64,000 nucleotides of DNA. Source: Monocercomonoides exilis PA203 (lineage: Eukaryota > Protista > Preaxostyla). Below the pieces are notes generated by a model. That model did not search any database. It was not told the origin of the DNA and worked only from the letters and a program-made list of their open reading frames with translations. This document shows, piece by piece, positions 23,454-33,400 of this stretch. Where the stretch lies: assembly GCA_001643675.2 (NCBI GenBank), contig LSRY02000015.1:682001-746000 (forward strand), in the 5' to 3' direction. Within the stretch, counting starts at the first letter, position 1. Each line of letters opens with the position of its first letter. The position numbers were made by a program, and so were the translations under genes.

Positions 23454-23542
23454 GGAGCAAACCTGTCTCACTGCGTTTTTATTAATTCGCAATGGAGCGA
23501 ATCAACAAACGCAAGGAGCAGGTTTGCTCCTCAATAATGAGT
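23454..23542 (-). repeat. DIRS internal complementary region (ICR)
   Basis: 23485-23542 is a 58-bp exact copy of the left end 16526-16583. 23454-23485 (gagcaaacctgtctcactgcgtttttattaa) resembles the reverse complement of the right extension 22786-22820 (gagaaaacttgtctttctctccgttctattaa). Confidence 0.8.
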
Positions 23543-23651
23543 CTCGAAATCCCTTTTATCTCCGTATGTGTGATCTAAAACCCCTTTCCTAGCACGCTCT
23601 TGTGCAGCGGATGAGTTGAGAGCGTGCGTGGAGTGGTGCGGACCTCTTGCT

Positions 23652-24812
23652 CTACACCCGCTCCCTCTTGGGATATCTTTGAGGAGACATCGGTCTAGCC
23701 CTTGCCTCCTCATTGTTATCCCCTATCTGTCCTATGCTTCTTCCATTGCGCTTTCTCCGATCCTTTCCTCTCTTCTTCAGCGGAGTTGTATCCTTCTCTC
23801 CCATCAGCTCACAGCTATTATTGGGGATAATGGAGGGTGTCCTCTGACTGCCTGGTCGTCGGGGTGTGGAGCTTCGTGACTGAACCGTTTCACTTCTCTT
23901 TCCTTCTTCACTCAGTAGTTTCTTTCCTCCTTTTGATCGCTTTCTCATAGGTTTCTTCCCTTCTTCAAGACCAGATTTTGGTGATTCATCGGAATGATTT
24001 TTCATATCTGCCTCTGCTATCTCCAGCGTCCCTTCCTTCGTATCTCCGCTCTTATCTGACTTGTGATCTTCTCCCCTCTGGGGTACTGATCCGCCGATTG
24101 TCTCCAGGATCCAATTTGTGTCTTGCACCGGTAACATGGCATTATATTCCTGGACCACTCTCGAGCCTAGCGCCCATCTCGCGTACGCATTAATTGCTTT
24201 CCAATCTGCCGCTTGTTGTTTTGCCAAATGTGTTATCACAGTGTGTCTTATCGAGTACGCGGTAAATGTGTCGGGTATTCCGTTCTCTCTCAAGACAGCC
24301 ACTAATTCTTCTTTAATCCTCTGCATGTTTGCAGGTTGCCTCTCCTTGATATCGAACCACACATGTTCGTCTCTAAAGGTTGTCTTTGTATAACCCATCC
24401 AACGTTGGAGCGCTACCACCGCATCGATGCGTGGATTTGGATGCTTATTTATAATAACCTTTACAGTCTCTCCCCCTGATGTTTTCGTTCGTACTTGTGT
24501 CTGGACTGAATCCTCTTTAAGTATCGTTGTCTCTCTTCTCATCCTCTCCAGCTCTGCTGGACTTAACGCACCAAATATCATAGTTAAAATGAGAGCCCTC
24601 CTTTGGAGGGTCTGTGGGTCTTTCATATCGTGAGTGGCTTCAGCCCATTTCGTGATGATTGTCAAGTCCCACATCGATTTGTATCGTTTTCCTCTTCTTG
24701 GTTTCTCCCCCACATAGGTCTTTAGAAATATCTCTATGTCTTTCACGTCAACCTTAGTCTCTCTGAAGAGGTTAATAGAATCCAGCACTTTCCGTACTGT
24801 TAGATTTATCAC
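23652..24812 (-). CDS. Tyrosine recombinase of the DIRS element, probably inactive and separated from its N-terminus
   Basis: YKSMWDL..I, ALILTMIFGALSPAEL, VRTKT, YSIRH, ARWALGS.VVQEY follow the YR R..K..HxxR..W..Y layout. The first R and the H positions appear as S and Y. Confidence 0.85.
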   Translation of the reverse strand: MINLTVRKVLDSINLFRETKVDVKDIEIFLKTYVGEKPRRGKRYKSMWDLTIITKWAEATHDMKDPQTLQRRALILTMIFGALSPAELERMRRETTILKEDSVQTQVRTKTSGGETVKVIINKHPNPRIDAVVALQRWMGYTKTTFRDEHVWFDIKERQPANMQRIKEELVAVLRENGIPDTFTAYSIRHTVITHLAKQQAADWKAINAYARWALGSRVVQEYNAMLPVQDTNWILETIGGSVPQRGEDHKSDKSGDTKEGTLEIAEADMKNHSDESPKSGLEEGKKPMRKRSKGGKKLLSEEGKRSETVQSRSSTPRRPGSQRTPSIIPNNSCELMGEKDTTPLKKRGKDRRKRNGRSIGQIGDNNEEARARPMSPQRYPKRERV

Positions 24813-24960
24813 TCCGCTTGAGAGGTTTGTATTCGAGAGTGTTTAAATGAACTCCGCCATAATCCACTTTGCATCTTTGTTTGTGAGGGGGTCAGTGTCA
24901 TCCATGCTCTCTCTATCTTGGAACTGCTTGAATCTTCGCAGCGCTCTCCACGTATCTCTT

Positions 24961-27270
24961 GGCATAGGTCTAAATTGTACCAGTAGTAAATTTAACGTTT
25001 TTATTCAAATTTTCAATATATTATTAATTAACTTAATTATTTAATTCTATATTATCGAAAATATCATAGAAATATTGCAATGAAAAACAAAAATTAAAAA
25101 TGTTGATCTGTCCCATAAAAATATTTTTGATTTTTTGTTTTTTTAGTTTTTTGGAGTATAAGAGTTATATTTTGAATGTTAAATTTTGTTTCAGCCTTGC
25201 TATATTTTTTTGGCATGACTGCTAATCAAAAAGAATGGATAAGTTAATGCTTTGTTTTCTTATTTTAATAAATACATTCTGCGCATTTTGAAAAGAAAGA
25301 ATTGAAAAAAACATTTTCTATCAAAACAATTTGAATAGCATTTTCATTTTATTTGAGAAAAATTCATTCACAAACCTTCATTGTTCTCCATCTTGCGATG
25401 TGGTTGTTCTAATATGAGTTTTGATTGTTGATGATGAAAGTTCGACTTTTATCCCCCCTCCATTTCCATTCACACACTCACATACCTCAATCGTTGCGTT
25501 TCACACCACAAATGTGTAGTTTCCCTTCACGCTCTTGCAATCACCACTCCATCTTCTCCTGTTAGAGTCACATTTCGAACTGTCACATACTCCAGCACAC
25601 TCTCTCCTGATGTTGACACTGCTGATGATGGTTCGGAAAACAGAAGTTGGCTTATTTTCATGTTTTCTATCATAACACCACTCATCCTCAATTGCGACAG
25701 AGCCATCACAAATATCGATGATGATATAACATTTGTTCCACTAACACTTGACGAGATCAACATATCCTCCAATGAAAGTGATCCGCTCCCATCAGAAACC
25801 ACAAACGCACTCAGCGATGAACTTTTTGAGTTGTGATCGATCCCTGCATGTTTCACTTCCAGCTGTCCACTCGTCACACTGAACAGCGTTGTCGGTGACA
25901 AAGAAAGTGCTCCTGTCCCAATCACACTCCTCTCTCTTCCTTTCTCCAAAACAGAAATGTTCATGGATCCAAAATCGATTGTTGCTGTCACCCTTTGATT
26001 ACTCCCTTCCATCAAGATCACTGATAAGATCAATTAGATCACGCTCTTTTTAACAGCAATACCAATGGTTCTACATGCAGTTGGCTTATCCACTCCGTCC
26101 AACTTGTCTGTTCTGCATCCGCTCACTGCAACAAGTGAATCAAAAACCCCTTTCTTCAGCCATCCCTTCTTTTCTGTGGCCTGATACGTACAACCGCTCG
26201 AATAGCAAAAACGGCACACTCTCGTATCATAAGTATTTGTTGTGTACGATTCATAGAACGGGTTGTGTGACGAAAAGAGATTGTAATAATCTACAAAATA
26301 CACATCATGCACATATGGAGTAGTATTGGTTCATCCACAATCGTGGAAGAAGAAGATATAGTAATAAGTGTTGCAACTTGGAGCCGTTGATTGACTTGGC
26401 GCGAAATAAAATTTTCCACCATAACTCAATACAGAGCAAGAAATAAACTGGAGGCTCCACATTTTGAATGCAGCTGGAACATTTTGACAAAACATCCCTC
26501 CACCACAATTACTTGTAAGCGAGTATGAAGTGAATAAGCACTCAAACGCACAAGCCCCCCTCCCGTTCTACTTGCTTTGCATTTCTTTAATTCGCAACCA
26601 CCGATCTTGACACATTCTAAAATACAGCCAACATTCATCTCTCCTCCATCATTATTTTTTGCAGTACATGCATTGAACGAGTTGTTCTCTATTTTGATAG
26701 AATTAACAGAAACACACAAAATTCCTCCACCTCTATAATGAACATTGCATTAATTAAGAAAAAAAATTGGACTGAAAGAGTTCCCGAACTCTGGTTCTCA
26801 TGCAAATCGCTCCACATTTTGAAATTTCATCTGTAACTTCATTATTTGCAAAAGCCGCTTTTTATCCATCCCCCTCACACCAAAATAAAAAATTCTATTC
26901 AACAAATGTTTCGCTCTGGACAAAAATTCAATGTCATCAGACAAGAATCATATTACGAATAGAATTTTATAATGAAAAATATAACGCATGTCAATATAAT
27001 TAAAAAAGATTTATGTAAATAATGAATTTTTGACAAGCATTTCACACGCAAATAACAACATAATCTCTCCTTAACACTCAAAAAACTTAAAATGATAATT
27101 TGATAAATATTTTTATGGGACAGATCAACATTTTTAATTTTTGTTTTTAATTGCAATATTTCTATGATATTTTCGATAATATAGAATTAAATAATTAAGT
27201 TAATTAATAATATATTGAAAATTTGAATAAAAACGTTAAATTTACTACTGGTACAATTAAGACCTATGCC
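24961..27270 (-). mobile_element. Pack-type TIR transposon, copy B (2310 bp), inverted relative to copy A
   Basis: Reverse complement of 20423-22733. I noticed only a 1-bp indel and one substitution in the terminal TIR. The ORF track mirrors copy A. Confidence 0.92.
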
Positions 27271-27456
27271 ACGTAGCATTCGAAGAAACAGCATTATTGC
27301 AAGGCCTCATCTAATATTTTGTGAATTATAATCGAAATGAAATTTCATGTTTTATTTTTTTTTTCAATCAAGAATTTAATATATATTTAATTAAGTCCAT
27401 TTTGATCCTTCAAAAAATAATTTCATTCATCATCTAAATTGTGTTATCTCATCGAA

Positions 27457-30400
27457 ATGAATGTGCATTTGCAGTTTTTAGCGTGCTTGCTCCTTGCAAA
27501 CATGTTTGAAATCCAAGGTGTTTCTGGAAGTTCCACATGGAAAAGCGAAGGTATTCTCACAAATATTCATTTTTCATATTATCATGCATTTTCAGGCCAA
27601 GGCAATGCAAGTGATGTTCGATTTCCATCAAAGGTTGATGACAACTGTTTATTTGAACAGCAAAATGCATATGGAGTGAAAAAGTGGAAGTCAGGAATAT
27701 CTACAGTGATAAATGCATTTTTGGGATTCTGCAATACTTCGGTTGGACTGAAAAATTTGGCATTTGAATATTCTTCTCCATCATGTGTGCAAATAGCAGA
27801 CAAGTCAACAATAATGATGGAATCGTGTGTTTCCCACCAAACAACAACAACTCCTTTTCTTTTGCAAAGTGGGTCAATCAACATTGTGAATTTGACTTTG
27901 ATCCCTCAAATCAGTCTTTGTTCCAGAAGCCTCACATTTTCGTCGGATGACTCAAATTGTGTCGTTTTGAGAAATTCCATCATGACAGATCTGGCTGTTT
28001 CCTCTTCAGATTATTTTCTTTTGTCTGGAAAGAGCAAAAGTGAGCAGATCACTAATTGTGCCTTCAGGAACATGTCTATGGAATTTGACAAGAAAAGTGA
28101 TAAAAACATTGATCACTCATGCTTGTTGAGTTTGATGGAGAATAGTCTCATTTATTCGTGTGTGAATATGTTTGAAGGAGGGATCTCAGGTGGATCGTTT
28201 TTGTCAGAGGAATTCATCTGCAAAAATGTCACAACACATTTTGGGAAAAGAGAAATGAATGCTCTTGAGAAAAATGGACAAATGAATACAACTGAGAGTC
28301 AATCATTTTCATTGTGCGAATGGACTGATTGCATAGCACCACAGGGAGGGGCTCTTTATGTGCATGACAATTCAAATGCCATTCTGAAAGTTGAAAATTC
28401 GTCATTTTCAAGATGCAATGCTTCATCCACAAGAGGGGGTGCAATATATGCACTGAAAATCGCTGAATGCATTGTGCTTCATTCAACATTTATTCAATGT
28501 TCATGTGCTGCAACTACAGACCGTGGAGGCGGAGGAATAATGGTGGAGAATATTAACATTCAGTCAAAAGTCGATGATTGCTCTTTTCAAAACTGTTCTT
28601 CTGGAAACGATGGAGGGGCAATAAATGTACGACCAACAATGACGAAAAAGCAAAAGCCATGCATTATTAATTCAATTTTTTCAAACTGCAAAGTTAATCA
28701 TACAACCTCATCCACTGGAGGTGCTGTTGAACATTGGGACTGCACGGATCAAGTTGTAATTTCGAATTGTTTGTTTCGTAATTGTTATTCCAAGTGTGGA
28801 GGAGGAGCTGTGTGTCAATTGATAAATGAGAATAATAATGGAACATTGTTTTTCTACTGTTTTTTCCACAATAATTCTTGTGAACAAGGGGGACACGATA
28901 TTGCTCTTCATGATTCAGAAGCAAACAACATAGATTCAAGTTGTTATTCTACCAGGCAAACATCAAACAGAGTCAGCACAAAATACAATTCAGTTGTTGA
29001 TAAAAGCGATTGGCTTCGAAACGATTTTGGAAAAGTGAGGTTTGTCTCATCAACACAAACACAACCAAATTCCAAAGATACATATGCCTGTGGAATGGAT
29101 AAAAGCTATCCTTGCAGCACCATCGGCCATTGTTTAACACAATTGATTCCAGACTTTGTCTCCAATGTTGAAGTATTTTCAGAGACGATAAGAGAGACGA
29201 AGGGTGTGGACTGTGGAACAAATGCTTTCACAATATACGGTCAAAGTGATTCAACAACAACTGTGCAGACAGAATTGGAAGCAGCTGGGTTGGCTCTTTT
29301 TTCAGTCTCGACAGGAGCATTGACAGTCAATGATCTTGCCCTTGTGCATGACTCAGCATATGAAAATAATCGAGCCTCAAGGCTATTTGAGATCACTGGA
29401 ACTGGAAAGATGCAAGTAAGCAGACTGAACATATCTGTTGGAAGCGGACACTCAACAGAAACAACATTCACCACAGAGCTGATAAATGTTCAGGGAGGAA
29501 TGTTTCAAATGGAAAATGTGAACTGGGTCAAGACTATCTCAACAACTTCGCTGATTTCGCTTTCTTTGATAAATGAGATTTCATTGACATTTTCAGGGAG
29601 CACCTTTTCTGGGATAGAAAGAACAAGGAATGGAGCAGCTGTGATATCGTTTTCCAACTACAATGCAAACATCGACCTGGATTCCTGCACCTTTGAAGGT
29701 TGTGGAAGCACAAGTTCAGAAAATGGAGGATCGATGATGCTGTGTGTGGGAGAAGAAAATGAAGTGAAAGTGGAAGGTGGATCTTTTGATGAGTGCTATT
29801 GCTCAGCAACAGATGGCCTTGGAGGAGGAATCCACCTTCGATTATTGAATGAAAATCCCAATTTCTTGATCTCTTCTTCCTTTGGCACAAACACAGCCAA
29901 ATGGGGAAGTGACATTTTTGTTGACTCAATCGATCTGGAAACAACAGCAAAAAGTGGAAAGATAGCCCCGTTGACAGCTTCAATTGAAACGATAAACAAA
30001 ATTCGGGGATTCCACAATGGTGATGAAACGATTCCGATTCCTTTGTGTGCCTATCTGATTCCTATGCCAGATGAGATCTTTGTGAGTAATGTTGATGCAT
30101 TCAATCACTCTCGTTGTGGGTTTGCTGAGTTTCCCTGTCTAACACTGAAGCATTGCTTGACAAGACAAGAAGAGGAAAAGAAGATTATTGTTGAAGGGAT
30201 GATATTGATGAGTGACGAATTGGCGTTTGAAGAAAAGAAACACAGAATCCGAGGAAACGATGAAATCAGTGGCTGGACAATCTCTGATGCAAGCTCACCA
30301 TTAAACTCAGCGATGATAACAGCAAATGTTGAAACAATCTTTTCAAAGTTGATATTCTCTCTTCCTTCTTCGTTTTCTCTTCACTCCACTTTCATATCAT

Positions 30401-33400
30401 CTTCTTCACAACTGACTATGTCTCAATGTTTTCTTTCCCTTCAAAATCCATTATTAGAATTGACATTTCTGTTTTTATCTGTTGAATCTGGGACATTGGC
30501 TATTGACTCGTTATCAGCTTCATCAATCACTTTGAATGGAAATTCATTGATCTCTTTGTCTGGAAGCGGAACAAAGGCCGAGCTAATGAACACCAAATGG
30601 TTGAACATGACGAAAAGCAATTTCACAGAAATAGAAAGAAAAGCAGGAAGTGGAGGATGTGTGAGCATCGATAACAGCGATGATGAAGATTCAAATTCAG
30701 AAATAAATATTGAAGAATGTGTTTTTGATGGATGCTCTGTGCTGGCTGATGGAGGCAGAGGAGGTGCAATCAATGCGCAGTTGAAAGGGAATATTCAAAT
30801 GAATATTGTTTCATGCACATTTACAGGATGCACAGCACCAGCTGAAGAAGAAGGGAAAACTGGGTTTGGAGGAGGAACGGCACTGAAGTTAATTGATGAT
30901 TATTCTTCGTTTGTGATTTCATCTCCTGTTTTTGATAAAGAAAAGCCAAATGTTGCGAAATATGGAAATGACCTGTTTGTTGAGTCATCCAACTTGACAA
31001 AGAGCATCACAAACACCTCTCTTCCATTTGTGTCTGGGCATCTGCCAGATATCTCGTTGGATTCTATGAGAGGGTTTGATGGGAATGATACGGAGAATGC
31101 CATTCCACTGATCTATTTCTGGTTCGTTCTTGGCTCGGAAATATTTATCAGAGATGACGGAAAAGATGTATGCATTTGTGGTCTTTCAGATTATCCTTGT
31201 TTATCAATTGATTATTCATTGGATCGATTGCCTGAGGGAAATGAAAAGAATATTAACATCATTGAAAAAGGGTATCTTCAGAGGAGTGTTGATGTGAGTG
31301 GAATATCAGTGAAATCGGATAATGAAGAAGTGTGCTCTTTGGAATGTCTCTCATCGCTTGAAGGAGCAGAAGGAACTGCAATGAAGATTCAGGGTGTTAC
31401 GAATTTTGAACTGATTATGTTTGTGATGCCATCATCCTTCAGAAATGGAGTCGGTTATTTGATGGATGTTGGATCAAGTGAAGGATCGTTGACTCTGAAA
31501 GACTGCTCGTTCACAAAAAATGAAGAAAGTGGAGAAGAAATAGAAAAGATGAATTATGGACTGATCAAAGCAGATGAAGGCTCAGTTGTATTGGAATTTG
31601 TGTCAATGCAATCACTTTGTTTTTCAAAGGATGTTATTTCTGTGTTATCTTCAACGATTCTGAACATTAAGAACTTGACAACGAAGAATGTTGAGCTTGA
31701 AGGAGCAAGCGGATTGAGGATATCAAAGAGCTCAAGGAGAGAAAATAATGAAGAAGAACAAGATGTTATCATCGAGTGGAGTTCATTCGAAGAAGTCACC
31801 CAAAATACAACAGATGATATTCCCATCATCAGAAATGACAATGATGATGAGCCATTGAAAATGGTAATTCGAAACACAACAATGAAGAGATGTGGTGGAA
31901 TGAGGTGTGGAAAGGGGGGAGGGATGCTTTGTGTGTTGAATGAGGGAGGAAGCTTCGACTGCTCGTTTTGCACGATTTCTGAGTGTTTCTGCTCGAGCAC
32001 AGGAAGAGGCGGGTGGCTGTTTCTGGAATGCACCTCGGTGGTTGAGCAGCCTCTGAACTTTATTCTGTCGAATATCACATTCAGAGACAACTCTGCGTTC
32101 AGAGGGAGAGATGTGTATGTTCGATGCCACTCAATCGAAACACAAATTGTTGATGAGCAATTCCTTTTGGATTTCAGAACACCATTTGTGAAGGATCTTG
32201 CAATATGGGGATGCACAACAGACTCATTTGTGGGGGAAGAGGATCTTCTGCTGAGGGTTGTGAAATACCAGAGCGAGACGATATTTGTTTCTTCAGCAAC
32301 AGGCAACCACGGAGACAGCAAGCAATGTGGAGAGTTCAAAATGCCTTGCCACTCATTGGATGTTGGAGTTCAACACATCATTCCTTCATCATATTCGCAG
32401 CTGTTGATCTCAGAGGAGACGATCATCAATGGGGAATGTGATATGCATGATGTGATCATCCGCTCACTTCAATCTCCCTCAACTGCTTTGGTGCATCTGA
32501 ACTCAACAATTTCTGGCAATGAGGGCAGTCTTCTCAAAACTTCTGAGAAAGTTCGGATTGAGAGTGTGAAATTCAACTTTGACCAATCGTTTTCATATTC
32601 AGGCAGTTCTCTCATTCATGGATCAAGTGGGCAACTTTCTCTTTCATTTGTTGACTTCTCATCTGCTGGAGGGTCAAACAACAACCAACTTGTTGTTGTT
32701 CTCAACTCGACATTGCTGAGCATTGCAAAAGGGATTCTTCATGTTGACAACTGCTCAGTGTCACTCCTTTCGTTCATGAAGCCTTCGTTTCTGTTAAATG
32801 GAGATGAGGTCTCATTCACAAATATGAAACTGGGACAGATTGAATCAACAAGAAATGTTGTTGAGATTGGGCAATGCAGAAATGTTGTGCTGAATGGAAT
32901 TGATGCAAATGGAGTGAAGTTGTCTGAGGGTTGCATCCTTTCGATTGGCAGTTTAGCTTCGGGAAGTGTTTCAGTTGGAAGCTCCTCGTTCAAGAACTGC
33001 TCGAGGAATTCAGAAGGGGCTTCTGTTCTTTCCGCTTCTTCAACTTCTGCTCAAATTGTTCTTTCTAACTGTTCCTGCTCAAACTGCAATTCTCTGTCAA
33101 GCAAAGGAAGCATGATGGAGATGAACAATGCGAAGGATGTTTTGATGGATTCGTGTCCATTTGTCGGAGTTCTTGTAAAAGAATGCGAAAGCGAGATAAA
33201 TGATGCATTTGATGAGATATGCGAATGGAATGGATCACTTGTTCACCTAGAAAACTCCAATACACATACAAAAGAAATAAGGATGGAAAATTCATCGAAA
33301 GGAGGAATATCGATAAAAGGAGGAAAGGTTGTTATTGAGATGGGAATGATGGCAAACAACAATCCATTCATTGAAAAATATCCATCTCTTCGAAGAAACA

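Larger units (their letters stand above)
22786..24960 (-). mobile_element. DIRS retrotransposon 3' part (tyrosine recombinase, ICR, right ITR/extension), inverted relative to the 5' part
   Basis: The reverse complement begins with the same 8-mer AAGAGATA that ends the 5' part and continues its reading frame. Contains the YR ORF and the repeats of the left end. Confidence 0.9.

Noticed and set aside
23652-24812. Tyrosine recombinase as a dedicated invertase for its own segment
   Set aside because: It is the DIRS integrase, cut from its N-terminus and with altered catalytic positions. The inversion endpoints are TIR transposons with TSDs, not YR sites.
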